Source of the DNA: a virus
Direction: 5' to 3' (one strand)
Virus record (IMG/VR): IMGVR_UViG_3300032308_002775
Location: 1 to 64,000 of that record
Length of the DNA stretch: 64,000 nt
The translations under genes were made by a program, and so were the position numbers. Of the stretch, positions 36,850-46,985 are shown piece by piece. Positions within the stretch are counted from its first letter, which is position 1, and each line of letters starts with the position of its first letter. Below the pieces are notes generated by a model. It was given only the letters and a program-made list of their open reading frames with translations. It had not been told where the DNA came from and did not search any database.

Positions 36850-39800
36850 GCGCAATGCCAGACTCGATCCTCTCCGGTCCGCCTGCGCCCATCACGCCGA
36901 CGCCGCAACCACAAGCGCCGCTGCAGACGCGCTCGTTCGGTGACATCGGCGCGCTGCGCACCAACATCTTTGATCGGGCGCTGCAGAGCGCTTCTTCTCT
37001 CGAGCCGATCAAGAACGACCTCTACACGCTGCAGCTTGCGAACGTCGCATACACCGGGCCGGAAAGGTTCACCAAGGCCGATCAAAAGAAGGCCGTGCTC
37101 ACGGGCAACTCGCTCCATCGGCGGCTCACGGGCACCTGGAACCTGATCGACAACACCACCGGTGCGCCGATCGCCACCCGGCAGCAGACGATCGCCCACG
37201 TGCCGTATCTCACCGACTCTGGCACGTTCGTGAACCGGGGTGTCGAGTACACCCTGGCCCACCAGATGCGGCTCAAGGCGGGCGTCTACACCCGCGAGAA
37301 GGACAACGGCGAGCTGGAGGCCCACGTCAACGTGCTGCCCGGCAAGGGGCGCATGCACCGGTACTTCCTCGACCCGAAGACCGGCGTGATGAACATCAAC
37401 ATCGGCCAGGCGAAGATTCCGCTGATGCCGCTGCTCAAGGCGATGGGCGCCAAGGACTCCGACATCCGCGCCGCTTGGGGCAACGAGATCACCGCCGTCA
37501 ACATGGAGAAGGGCGATGCGGGAACGCTCGACAAGCTCTACCAGCGTTTGGTCTACCGGCAGACTCCCGGCATCGACGCAGCTGCCAAGCAAAAGGCAAT
37601 TGCGGACGAGTTTGCCCGCATGGAACTCGACCCCGACGTTACGCGGCGCACTCTTGGCAAGGAATACAAGAACCTTACCCCCGAAGCAATTCTCGACATT
37701 ACGAAAAAGCTCATCGCCCTCAATCGCAAAGAGGCCGACCCCGATGACCGTGACGCAATGGCGTATCAAAGCATCGTTGGGCCCGAGGATCTGATCTCCG
37801 AACGGTTCACCAAAGACAAGCAGGCGCTGCGCAAGTTGCTCTGGAAGGCGACGGCTAAGAAGAACCTTGACCACGTCCCGACCGGCGTGTTCAACAAGGC
37901 CATCCAGGCCGCGCTGATTGGCTCTGGGTTGGGCAGTTCGCTCGAGGAAATCAACCCGGCCGAGATTTTCGACCACCAGGGCCGCGTGACTCGCATGGGC
38001 GAGGGCGGCATCGGCTCGCTTGACGCCGTGCCCCAAGAGTCGCGCTCTGTGCAGCCCAGCCACCTGGGCTTTGTGGACTTCCTGCGCACGCCAGAGTCTG
38101 GCAAGGTGGGCGTCGACATGCGTTTTGCCCGCGGCGCCATGAAGGGCACCGACGGCAAGATCTACACGCCGGTCGTGAACATACAGACCGGCGAGACAGA
38201 GATGAAGACGCCAGGCGAGCTGGCCGAGACGCCGCTCGCTTTTCCGGGCGAGGAAAAGACCGACATGCCGATGGTCGCGGCACTCGTTGGCGGCAAGATG
38301 CAGTACGTGCCGCGTGAGGAAGTCCAGTTCTCGCTGCCCAACATGGACAGCACGTTCTCCGCGCTTTCGAACATGGTTCCGCTGAAGAGCATGATGAAGG
38401 GCCAGCGCGCGGTGATGGCCAGCCGCATGTTTACCCAGGCGCTGCCGCTCTCGGGAGCCGAGGCGCCGCTCGTGCAGTCGGCCGTCGTCGACAAGGACGG
38501 CGTGTCCCACGAGGACGAGATGGGCGAGAAGCTCGGCGCCGTGAAGGCCCAGTTTCACGGCCAGGTCGTTTCGGCCGAGCCGGGCATGATCGTGCTGCGC
38601 GATCGTGAGGGCAAGAAGCACGAGATCGACCTGTACAACGACATGCCCTTTAACCGGAAGACATTCTGGCACCAGACGCCGGTCGTGAAGCCAGGCGACG
38701 TGATTAAGCCGGGGCAGCTTCTGGCCCACTCGAACTTCACGGACCCTAGCGGCACAGCGGCGATGGGCAAGAACTTACGTGTCGCCTATTTGCCGTACCA
38801 GGGGAAAAACTACGAAGACGCCGTGGTGATCTCGGAATCGGCGGCCAAGAAGCTCACCAGCGAGCACATGTACCAGCACGAGGCTGAGTGGACCGAGAAC
38901 AGCCACGTCGGGAAGAAGGCGTTCGTTGCGCTGTTTCCGGGCGAGTACGACAAGAAGCAGCTCGAGAACTTCGACGACAAGGGCGCGATCAAGAAGGGCA
39001 CGGTCGTGAACTACGGCGACCCGCTGATCCTCCAGGCCAAGGCCAAGGAGACAACCTACGGCAAGGTGCATCGCGGCCGGGCGGGAAACTTCATGAACGA
39101 GACGCTGACTTGGGAGCACCACTCGCCGGGCGTGGTTACCGACGTTGAGCACACCGACAAGGGCGTCTCGGTCGTTGTGAAGAGCCAGGCCGAAATGCAG
39201 GTGGGCGACAAACTTACGGGGCGCTACGGCGACAAGGGCGTGGTAGCCGACATTGTTCCAGACCACCGCATGCCACAAGACAAGGACGGCAGTCCGTACG
39301 AGGTGCTTGTTTCGCCGCTGGGTCTGATCTCCCGCGTGAACCCGGCGCAGGTCGTCGAAGCGGCGCTCGGCAAGATTGCGGCGAAGACCGGGCAGCCGTT
39401 CAAACTCAAAGACTTCGACAGCGCGCAGGACCTCGTAGAGTTTGCCCAGAACGAGCTTGGGAAGCACGGCCTCTCCGATACTGAGGACGTCACGGATCCG
39501 GAAACCGGTCGTAAGATCAAAAGCGTGCTGACCGGCAACCGGTTCTTCATGAAGCTCCATCACACCGCGGAGTCCAAGGGCCAAGGCCGCGCGATGAGCA
39601 GCTACACGGCGGAGGGCACTCCGGCCAAGGGCGGCAGCGAGGGCGCCAAGCGCGTCGGCATGCTGGACCTGGGCGCGCTGCTCTCCCACGGCGCGGGCAA
39701 AGTCATTCGTGACGCCAAGATGGTCCGCGGGCAGGCGAACCCCGAGTACTGGTCGCAGTTCATGGCGGGCTACACTCCGCCGCTGCCCAAGGTGCCGCAC

Positions 39801-41261
39801 GTCTACGAGAAGTTTGTTAACCAGCTCAAGGGCGCTGGAATTAACACCGTGCGCGAAGGGACAAAGACGCACATCATGGCGGTGACCGACCGCGACATCG
39901 ATGAGCTGGCCGGGGCCCGCGAGGTCACCAACTCCGAGACAGTCGACTGGAAGGGGCGGCTCAAGCCGATCAAGGGCGGCCTGTTCGATGAAACGCTCAC
40001 CGGCGGCCACGGCGGCAACCGCTGGAGCAAGATCACGCTTCACGAACCGATGCCCAACCCGGTCATGGAGGAGCCAATCCGCCGGGTGCTCGGGCTTACC
40101 GAGAAAGAGTTCCGCGGAGTGCTCGCCGGGCAGGTGCAGCTGTTCGACAAGACCGGCCCGGAGGCCATCCAGGGCGCCCTGGGGCGGATCAACCTGCCCA
40201 AGGCGATCGAGCAGGCCAGGTTAGATATCAAATCGGGACGCAAGACTTTGCGCGACGCCGCCGTGCGGAAGCTGGGATACCTCAAGAACGCTGAATCGAC
40301 CGGCGTCCATCCCAAGGACTGGATGATGAGCAAGGTCGGCGTGCTCCCGCCGATTTTTCGGCCCGTCTCCACGATGGGCGCCAAAAAGTTACCGCTCGTG
40401 GCCGACGCGAATTACCTCTACAAGGAACTGCTCGACGCGAACGACACGCTCAAGGAAGCCTCCGGCGCCCTGAGCGAATACAGCGACGAACGGCTGGGCC
40501 TGTACGACGCCATGAAGGCCGTCTCCGGGTTGGGCGATCCGACGCAGCCCAAGAATCAGGAACGCCGTGTGAAGGGCTTTTTGCAGCACGTCTTCGGCAG
40601 TTCGCCCAAGTACGGCACCGTGCAGCGCAAGCTTCTCTCGACCACGGTCGACTTGGTGGGGCGGGCAGTTATTACGCCGAACCCGGACCTCGACATGGAC
40701 CAGGTCGCGCTTCCCGAGGACAAGGCCTGGGAGGTCTACAAGCCGTTCGTGGTGCGGGGCCTGGTGCGCCGCGGAATGCCCCGGATGAATGCGCTGGACG
40801 CCGTCGAAAACCGCAACAAGGCGGCGTACGACGAGCTGAACACGCAGATGTCGTCCCGGCCGATCGTCATTAACCGTGCGCCGGTGCTCCATCGATACGG
40901 TATGATGGCGTTTTATCCGAAGCTCACCAAGAACAAGGTTATGGAGGTTAACCCGGTCATTACCAAGGGTTTTGGCGCCGACTTTGACGGGGACGCGATG
41001 CAGTATCACGTTCCCAGCACCGAGGACGCCGCCAAGGAAGCCGTCGAAAAAATGCTTCCAAGCAAAAATCTCTTTTCGACGGCAAGCTTCAAGGCCCACT
41101 TTGTTCCGAACAGGGACTATCAGACCGGGGTTTACCTGGCTTCGAGCCGGGTCGACAAGAAACAGAAGCCGAGGGTATACAAGTCACGGCAGGACGCCAT
41201 GAACGCCTATCGCCGCGGGGAGATTGACGTCGACACCCCGGTGCATATCGTCGAGAGTTAA
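36846..41261 (+). CDS. Phage DNA-directed RNA polymerase: beta subunit fused to the N-terminal (catalytic) half of beta'
   Basis: Beta motifs RTPESGKVG, NYEDAVVIS, GDKLTGRYGDKGVV, SPLGLISRVN, MKLHH; beta' motifs VLPPIFRP, VDLVGRAVI, NRAPVLHR, GADFDGDAM. Confidence 0.95.
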   Translation: MSAMPDSILSGPPAPITPTPQPQAPLQTRSFGDIGALRTNIFDRALQSASSLEPIKNDLYTLQLANVAYTGPERFTKADQKKAVLTGNSLHRRLTGTWNLIDNTTGAPIATRQQTIAHVPYLTDSGTFVNRGVEYTLAHQMRLKAGVYTREKDNGELEAHVNVLPGKGRMHRYFLDPKTGVMNINIGQAKIPLMPLLKAMGAKDSDIRAAWGNEITAVNMEKGDAGTLDKLYQRLVYRQTPGIDAAAKQKAIADEFARMELDPDVTRRTLGKEYKNLTPEAILDITKKLIALNRKEADPDDRDAMAYQSIVGPEDLISERFTKDKQALRKLLWKATAKKNLDHVPTGVFNKAIQAALIGSGLGSSLEEINPAEIFDHQGRVTRMGEGGIGSLDAVPQESRSVQPSHLGFVDFLRTPESGKVGVDMRFARGAMKGTDGKIYTPVVNIQTGETEMKTPGELAETPLAFPGEEKTDMPMVAALVGGKMQYVPREEVQFSLPNMDSTFSALSNMVPLKSMMKGQRAVMASRMFTQALPLSGAEAPLVQSAVVDKDGVSHEDEMGEKLGAVKAQFHGQVVSAEPGMIVLRDREGKKHEIDLYNDMPFNRKTFWHQTPVVKPGDVIKPGQLLAHSNFTDPSGTAAMGKNLRVAYLPYQGKNYEDAVVISESAAKKLTSEHMYQHEAEWTENSHVGKKAFVALFPGEYDKKQLENFDDKGAIKKGTVVNYGDPLILQAKAKETTYGKVHRGRAGNFMNETLTWEHHSPGVVTDVEHTDKGVSVVVKSQAEMQVGDKLTGRYGDKGVVADIVPDHRMPQDKDGSPYEVLVSPLGLISRVNPAQVVEAALGKIAAKTGQPFKLKDFDSAQDLVEFAQNELGKHGLSDTEDVTDPETGRKIKSVLTGNRFFMKLHHTAESKGQGRAMSSYTAEGTPAKGGSEGAKRVGMLDLGALLSHGAGKVIRDAKMVRGQANPEYWSQFMAGYTPPLPKVPHVYEKFVNQLKGAGINTVREGTKTHIMAVTDRDIDELAGAREVTNSETVDWKGRLKPIKGGLFDETLTGGHGGNRWSKITLHEPMPNPVMEEPIRRVLGLTEKEFRGVLAGQVQLFDKTGPEAIQGALGRINLPKAIEQARLDIKSGRKTLRDAAVRKLGYLKNAESTGVHPKDWMMSKVGVLPPIFRPVSTMGAKKLPLVADANYLYKELLDANDTLKEASGALSEYSDERLGLYDAMKAVSGLGDPTQPKNQERRVKGFLQHVFGSSPKYGTVQRKLLSTTVDLVGRAVITPNPDLDMDQVALPEDKAWEVYKPFVVRGLVRRGMPRMNALDAVENRNKAAYDELNTQMSSRPIVINRAPVLHRYGMMAFYPKLTKNKVMEVNPVITKGFGADFDGDAMQYHVPSTEDAAKEAVEKMLPSKNLFSTASFKAHFVPNRDYQTGVYLASSRVDKKQKPRVYKSRQDAMNAYRRGEIDVDTPVHIVES

Positions 41262-41274
41262 CACGGAGGTTTCC

Positions 41275-42009
41275 ATGAGTTTCACGGTCAATCCCGAACT
41301 GCTGAAGATGGCGCGCCATGCCCTCGAAAAGTCGGCGGTGGTGCCATCCGACGCGGCGATGATGGCGGCAGGCGGCGCGCCCCCAATGGGCGGCGAACCG
41401 CCCGATCCTTCCATGCTTGGCGTTCAGGGCGCCGCCCAACCGGTTGACCCAGCGACTGCTGCCATGGGCGCCGCGCCGCCTCCGGGCGCTGACCCGACTG
41501 GCGCGGCCACCGCTGCGGCGCCCCCTGCCGCGGCGGCCCCGGCTCCGATGCCACCGGCCACGCCGACTGGCGGCGCACCTGGCCAGCAGAAGCTCAAGCC
41601 CGAGCAGATGATGCAGATGCTCGACTACCGGCTTTACAACATGCAGCAGCAGCTCACGGCGATCATGAACGCCATGGGCGTTCAGGTTCCCCCCGAGTCG
41701 CTCGTCCTGCCGCCCGGCACGACCGGCGCGCCTCCAGCCGAGACCGCGCTGCCCGGCGGACCGATGGCTCCGCCGCCCCAGGACCCTAACGCCGCTGGTG
41801 GTCCGATGCCTCCAGGCGGCCCGGTGCCCCCGGGCGGCCCGATGGATCCCAGCCAGCCTCCGATGGACCCCGCCGCTGCCAAGCAGGCGAACTGGTGGGA
41901 TAAGCCGTTGGCGAAGTTTGCTGAAGAACAACCTGACGAGCCGACGTCGATCCAGAATCTGGCGGCGGCGGCGGGCATCCTGCTGAGGAACATGGGGCGT
42001 GCGCGTTAG
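41275..42009 (+). CDS. Pro/Ala-rich low-complexity protein
   Basis: GGAGG RBS; Pro-rich arms around a short Met/Gln-rich helix. Confidence 0.7.
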   Translation: MSFTVNPELLKMARHALEKSAVVPSDAAMMAAGGAPPMGGEPPDPSMLGVQGAAQPVDPATAAMGAAPPPGADPTGAATAAAPPAAAAPAPMPPATPTGGAPGQQKLKPEQMMQMLDYRLYNMQQQLTAIMNAMGVQVPPESLVLPPGTTGAPPAETALPGGPMAPPPQDPNAAGGPMPPGGPVPPGGPMDPSQPPMDPAAAKQANWWDKPLAKFAEEQPDEPTSIQNLAAAAGILLRNMGRAR

Positions 42010-42241
42010 ATTTCAGAGCAAGTTGCAGCCGACCGTCGCACCCGCGGACAGCGTGGTGATCGAGGACGACCTGGGAAACCCGCTCTTCGTGGCGTCTCAG
42101 CTCACCGACTCGATCATTTTTGCTGATGCGCGGGATGCAGATTTTCACGCGCTTATACGCCAGCTCGGCATCGACAAAGTGGTTTCCGTTAACGAGGTCG
42201 CGCCTAAACCGCTGAACAAGAACGTGATCTGGACGCCGTAA
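41999..42241 (+). CDS. Small hypothetical protein
   Basis: Fills the gap before the beta'-C gene. Confidence 0.6.
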   Translation: MRVRFQSKLQPTVAPADSVVIEDDLGNPLFVASQLTDSIIFADARDADFHALIRQLGIDKVVSVNEVAPKPLNKNVIWTP

Positions 42242-42242
42242 C

Positions 42243-44123
42243 ATGCTCAAGACGACGCTCGGTCAAATTCTCGTAAACGAGGCGCTGCCCGAGGACATGC
42301 GCAACTACGAGCGCGTCCTGACCAAAAAGGAAATGGGCAAGCTGGCCACGGAGCTGGCGCAGAAGTACCCGGACAAATACCGGGACGTCATGAAGCGCCT
42401 GCACGACGTGGGCCGCGACGCTGCGTACACCACGAACGGCCTGTCGTTTGGGCTGAAAGATATCAAACCGACGGTGGCCGCCCGCGACGTACAACTGCGG
42501 GTGCAGCGGCAGCTCCGCGGCATTCTGGCAAACCGCGACCTGGACGATAAGACCCGCTCGCTGGCCATTCTCAAGCTGGCCGCTGGCGCGCAGAAAGAGC
42601 TTGTCGAGCGCGTTTACGATGAGGCGCGCGGCAACGACAACCCGCTCGCGCATCAGGTAACCGGGTCTGCCGTCGGCAACAAGTTCAGCCTGAATTCGCT
42701 GATCGGCGCCGACATGCAGTATGTCGACCACAAGAACGACCCAATTCCGATTCCGGTGATGCGGAGTTACGGCCAGGGGCTTCGACCCGTGGAATATTTT
42801 GCGGGCGCCTTCGGCACCCGCAAGGGGTTGATGGACCTAAAAACGGCGACGGCCGACGCGGGCTTTTTCGGCAAACAGCTCGCCCAGATGACGCACCGGC
42901 TGCTCGTCACGGCCGACGATGACGACGATCAAGAGCGCAATGCCACTGCGCAAGACCGCGGCTTTCCGACCGACGTGGACGACGTCGACAACGAGGGCGC
43001 GCTTCTGGCGCGACCGGTGGGGCCGTACAAGCGCAACACCGTCCTGACGCCAAAGATTCTTAAAGACATCAAGGAGATGGGCATTCAGGACATCCTGGTG
43101 CGCAGCCCGCTCACCGGCGGCCCGGACGACGGCGGCGTCTACGCCAAAGACGTCGGCTACCGCGAGAAGGGCAAGCTGCCTCCAATCGGCGACTATGTCG
43201 GTATCGCCGCCGCCCAGGCCCTCTCCGAGCCGGTGACTCAGGCGCAGATCAGCTCGAAGCACTCCGGCGGCGTGGGCGGCGCGGCCTCAATCTCGGGCTT
43301 CAAGGCGATTAACGCGCTAGTCCAGGTCCCGAAAAAGTATCCCGGCGGCGCCGCGCATTCTCAGCTTGACGGATTCGTGCAGGAAATCCGCGAAGCGCCC
43401 CAGGGCGGCCATTACGTTCAAATCGGCGGCGAAGATCATTACGTGCCGGTCGACCAGGAGCTGACGGTCAAGAAGGGGCAAGAGGTCGAGGCGGGCGACT
43501 CGATCACCAATGGCATGCCCAATCCGGCCGAAGTCGTCCGGCACAAGGGCATCGGCGAGGGGCGCAGGTACTTTGTGCAGGCCATGCGCCAGGTTCTCCA
43601 GAACTCCGGCGTGTCGCCTCACCGCCGTAACATTGAACTGCTCTCGCGCGGGCTGGTCAACCACGTTCGCATGACCGACGAATACGGTGATTACAACCCC
43701 GACGACGTGGTGCCGTACTCGATGCTCGAGCGTGCTTGGCAGCCGCGTCAAGGAAGCGTGACGGGCGTGCCCAAAAGCCTGCAGGGGCATTACCTGGAGC
43801 GGCCCGTGCTCCACTACTCGGTCGGCACGAAGATCGGCAAGAATGTCGCCAGCACGCTTCAAAAGTACGGCATTAACAATGTCGAAGCGCACCGGGAACC
43901 GCCGCCCTTCCAGCCTGAAATGGTGCGCGGCATGTCGAACATCTCGAACGACCCAGACTGGATGACCCGAATGCTCGGTTCTTACCAGCAAAAGGGCCTG
44001 CTCAGCAGCGTGCACCGCGGTTCGACCAGCGACGCGGCTGGAAGCAGCTTCGTTCCCGCGCTGGCCCGCGGCGAAACGTTCGGCGTGACCGGCGCGACGA
44101 GCGGATGGCGCCCGCAAACGTGA
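42243..44123 (+). CDS. Phage RNA polymerase beta' C-terminal half (bridge helix and trigger loop)
   Basis: TTLGQILVN, SYGQGLRPVEYF, GTRKGLMD..TADAGF, VRSPLT, AAAQALSEPVTQ, RNIELL. Confidence 0.92.
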   Translation: MLKTTLGQILVNEALPEDMRNYERVLTKKEMGKLATELAQKYPDKYRDVMKRLHDVGRDAAYTTNGLSFGLKDIKPTVAARDVQLRVQRQLRGILANRDLDDKTRSLAILKLAAGAQKELVERVYDEARGNDNPLAHQVTGSAVGNKFSLNSLIGADMQYVDHKNDPIPIPVMRSYGQGLRPVEYFAGAFGTRKGLMDLKTATADAGFFGKQLAQMTHRLLVTADDDDDQERNATAQDRGFPTDVDDVDNEGALLARPVGPYKRNTVLTPKILKDIKEMGIQDILVRSPLTGGPDDGGVYAKDVGYREKGKLPPIGDYVGIAAAQALSEPVTQAQISSKHSGGVGGAASISGFKAINALVQVPKKYPGGAAHSQLDGFVQEIREAPQGGHYVQIGGEDHYVPVDQELTVKKGQEVEAGDSITNGMPNPAEVVRHKGIGEGRRYFVQAMRQVLQNSGVSPHRRNIELLSRGLVNHVRMTDEYGDYNPDDVVPYSMLERAWQPRQGSVTGVPKSLQGHYLERPVLHYSVGTKIGKNVASTLQKYGINNVEAHREPPPFQPEMVRGMSNISNDPDWMTRMLGSYQQKGLLSSVHRGSTSDAAGSSFVPALARGETFGVTGATSGWRPQT

Positions 44124-44204
44124 TTCTGTAGGATGTAAGAGCTGCGACACGGTAAATTGTTGCTTACACGTGTCTTAAGATTGTGCCGCACGGAGGTGGC
44201 TACT

Positions 44205-46580
44205 GTGTACAACCGGAAGAAGACTGCGTCGTCGACGGCGCACTGGCTGAATGTGGTCCGTTCGCATAGTCGGACCCAGACCAAGCAGGCCAATTTCGGC
44301 GGGAAGGGCGACTCGGCCTCGTTCGAGCAGGCCTTTAGCAATCTGGCGCACGCCTACCTCCGCGACTCGGCGCCGAAGCTGCTTGATCACGAGATCGGCT
44401 TTCAGCTGCTCGACCGGGACCGCGAAAACACCAAGGCGATTGGCGTTTTTGCTTTCAAAGTCGGCTCTAACTGGCTGTACGCCCCGGTTTTTTTCCTGAA
44501 CGGCGACCTCAAGGGCCACGAACTCCTGTACATCAAGAACCAGGACATGTTCGTGCCGCTCAAGGAAAACTGGATTAACTACCTTGTCAACCGCAAGCCC
44601 AACATCCTGGGCAATTCGGTGGACCGCAACATGTCCCAGCTGGGCATGCGGCAGCCCGACTTCACGCAGCTCTCGCGCAGCCCGGCCAAGTTCGGCTCCG
44701 CGCGGCCGACGCTCAAGGAGATGATGACGGCCGTTATGCCGACCCTGGCCAAGACGGCCACGATGAACACGGCGCTGGCGTTCCAAGAAATTGGCCGCGT
44801 GCTCGATCTGCCGAAGTTTCTCAAGGAAGCTCGCGTCACGACGATCGACATGCTCGTCAAGACGTTTCAGGACGCCCCGGCGCTCGCCAAGGCGTTTAAC
44901 GACTTTCACGGCCTGGACGTGATCAAGGAGGCCATCGCGGTCGCAAAGGACCGCGAAAGCCGCCCGAAGATCGCCAGCGTGCTGTCGGAAGCCCCGGAAA
45001 AGAGCCCGGCTGTCGCCGGGCTCAAGATCATTTCCTACTCGAAGACCGTGCAGACGATGCTGCCGCCGGAAACGACTGAGGAAGACCAGGAGAAGCTGCT
45101 GCGCGACGGCGTGCTTATCCTCGACCAGCGCGACCGTGACAACGTCTCGATTCCCTACCACATCCAGGTTGAAAAGAAGCTTTGGAACCCGACAAAGAGC
45201 GGGCTGTACGACATCCTCGTTAAGCCGGGCAACATCGAACGGGTTTACATCGCCATGTTCCCGATGGGCGCCGCAAAGCGTTCAAACTTCTGCACGATTG
45301 TTCGGACCGAGGGCAAGCCCGAGTGGATCAACACTCGTAGCGACCAGGTCTTCTGCATCGCGTGCCCTTCTCAGAAAGAGGAGGAAGCGTGGTTTGACGG
45401 CTTGCCCGACGCCGATAGCCTGCCTTCTGGGGGCCGGTACATGCTCATCAGCAAGCGCGGTGACGCCACCGTCCCGGTCCGCGTGATCCGCGAGTACGGC
45501 GAGAGCGCGTACGGCACGACGAGCTACGAGGTCCACATGGAGGACCACTCGAAGTTCCCGCCCAAGGGATCAATCGGCCCGTGCGGCTACATCGACCCGC
45601 TGAATTACGACAAGTACCGCGACGGCGTGCGGCTGCACCTCAACGGCAAGAAGGGCAGCCAGCTCCGCGCGAGCATGGGCGACATCTTCGTGCCCGAGGG
45701 CTTCAAGCTTCTCAAGTGCGCCCCTGGCGAGGACGACGCCGAGACAGCCGAGGACCAGGGCGCCTGCGGCTGCGGTCAAAGCGAGATGCCGCCGCTGATG
45801 CCGGGCAACCTGGCGGATGCCCAGCTCGAACTGATGGGCAAAACGGCCAGCCTTGAGGTCTACCACAACGGCACCGAGGTCACGATCAACAAGGAGGCGG
45901 CCCGCAGCCCGATCGCCGCGCTGGTGACGCTCGTCGAGCATCACGGCCTGCGCGAGGACGCCGCGCGCGAGATTCTCAAGCAGGCGGCCGCCAAGCGGAA
46001 GTTCTCCTGCCATGTGAAGTACGCCAACCCTTATGGCGCGCCGATGATGGTCAACCAAGGCCCGACCGCCCCGAGCGATCCGGGCCCGGTGATGGGCGGC
46101 GAGACGATCATGGGCGCCGACGTGCCGACCCAGATGGGCATCGACATCGGCATGCCGGTGGCGGACATGTCGGCCAGTCTCACGGACCGGCAGATCTACA
46201 ACCCGAACACGCGGCTCGACAAGAAGGACGTCCGCAGCGTGCTGCAGGCGGCCCAGTCCGGCCAGAAGGAAGTGTTCGACACGGCGATGATCGGCAGCAT
46301 GCTCCGCGCCGTCCGCGACGACTCGATGGTTGATCGCTACATGGGCGACCTGACCAACGGGCTCGACAAGCTCGGCCGCATCCTGTTCATGTTCTACTGG
46401 CACGGCGACCGGTTTGCTGATCGGTACGGCAAGTCTGACATGCCGGAGCTGGAGGACTCGCTGCGCAACGCCTTCGAGATGCTCGGCGACGTGATTCTCT
46501 TCCTCAAGCAGAAGACTATCGAGCCGTATCCGGAAGAGGTTGGCTCAGACGCCGATCTCTCTAATGTCGCAAGCGCTTAA
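44205..46580 (+). CDS. Large hypothetical protein (putative head/virion protein)
   Basis: GTG start after GGAGG; many K-x-A motifs. Confidence 0.65.
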   Translation: MYNRKKTASSTAHWLNVVRSHSRTQTKQANFGGKGDSASFEQAFSNLAHAYLRDSAPKLLDHEIGFQLLDRDRENTKAIGVFAFKVGSNWLYAPVFFLNGDLKGHELLYIKNQDMFVPLKENWINYLVNRKPNILGNSVDRNMSQLGMRQPDFTQLSRSPAKFGSARPTLKEMMTAVMPTLAKTATMNTALAFQEIGRVLDLPKFLKEARVTTIDMLVKTFQDAPALAKAFNDFHGLDVIKEAIAVAKDRESRPKIASVLSEAPEKSPAVAGLKIISYSKTVQTMLPPETTEEDQEKLLRDGVLILDQRDRDNVSIPYHIQVEKKLWNPTKSGLYDILVKPGNIERVYIAMFPMGAAKRSNFCTIVRTEGKPEWINTRSDQVFCIACPSQKEEEAWFDGLPDADSLPSGGRYMLISKRGDATVPVRVIREYGESAYGTTSYEVHMEDHSKFPPKGSIGPCGYIDPLNYDKYRDGVRLHLNGKKGSQLRASMGDIFVPEGFKLLKCAPGEDDAETAEDQGACGCGQSEMPPLMPGNLADAQLELMGKTASLEVYHNGTEVTINKEAARSPIAALVTLVEHHGLREDAAREILKQAAAKRKFSCHVKYANPYGAPMMVNQGPTAPSDPGPVMGGETIMGADVPTQMGIDIGMPVADMSASLTDRQIYNPNTRLDKKDVRSVLQAAQSGQKEVFDTAMIGSMLRAVRDDSMVDRYMGDLTNGLDKLGRILFMFYWHGDRFADRYGKSDMPELEDSLRNAFEMLGDVILFLKQKTIEPYPEEVGSDADLSNVASA

Positions 46581-46589
46581 AGGTGAAAC

Positions 46590-46985
46590 ATGGCAAGTAC
46601 GATTTGGTCCGGCGAGACGACGTTTGAAGCAACCAGCGGTTCACAGACTGTAGTCCCGATTCGGGTGCCGCACCGCGGTATTCTCCGCGGCTACAGCCTC
46701 ACGCAGACCAGCGGCGCCAACGCCGGTGCCGCCGCGGCTTTGTACACCAGCAAGCAGGACACCGCGCCAAACAACACGCTTCCCGCCGAGGCGTTTCACA
46801 TTCTCGACATCACGCTACCCACGGCGGCCAAGGTCGACGACCACAGCGCCGAAGTTGCGTACATCAACCGAGATGGCACGCCCACGAACCCGCAAAGATA
46901 TCTTTACTTGAAGATCACTCCGGCGGGGTCGGGCGCCAAGAACTTTGTGTTCTCGGTGACGATTGAAGTCCCGAAGATGGGCTAA
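46590..46985 (+). CDS. Hypothetical beta-rich protein
   Basis: AAGGTG upstream; ORF in the operon. Confidence 0.7.
   Translation: MASTIWSGETTFEATSGSQTVVPIRVPHRGILRGYSLTQTSGANAGAAAALYTSKQDTAPNNTLPAEAFHILDITLPTAAKVDDHSAEVAYINRDGTPTNPQRYLYLKITPAGSGAKNFVFSVTIEVPKMG

Noticed and set aside
41261-42243. beta' split caused by a frameshift, intron or intein
   Set aside because: The gap holds two intact ORFs, the first with a clear RBS; no splicing or intein motifs are visible, and beta'-C has its own ATG.
36846-44123. Bacterial chromosomal rpoBC locus
   Set aside because: No ribosomal protein or nusG neighbours; divergent compact subunits embedded among capsid and tail genes.
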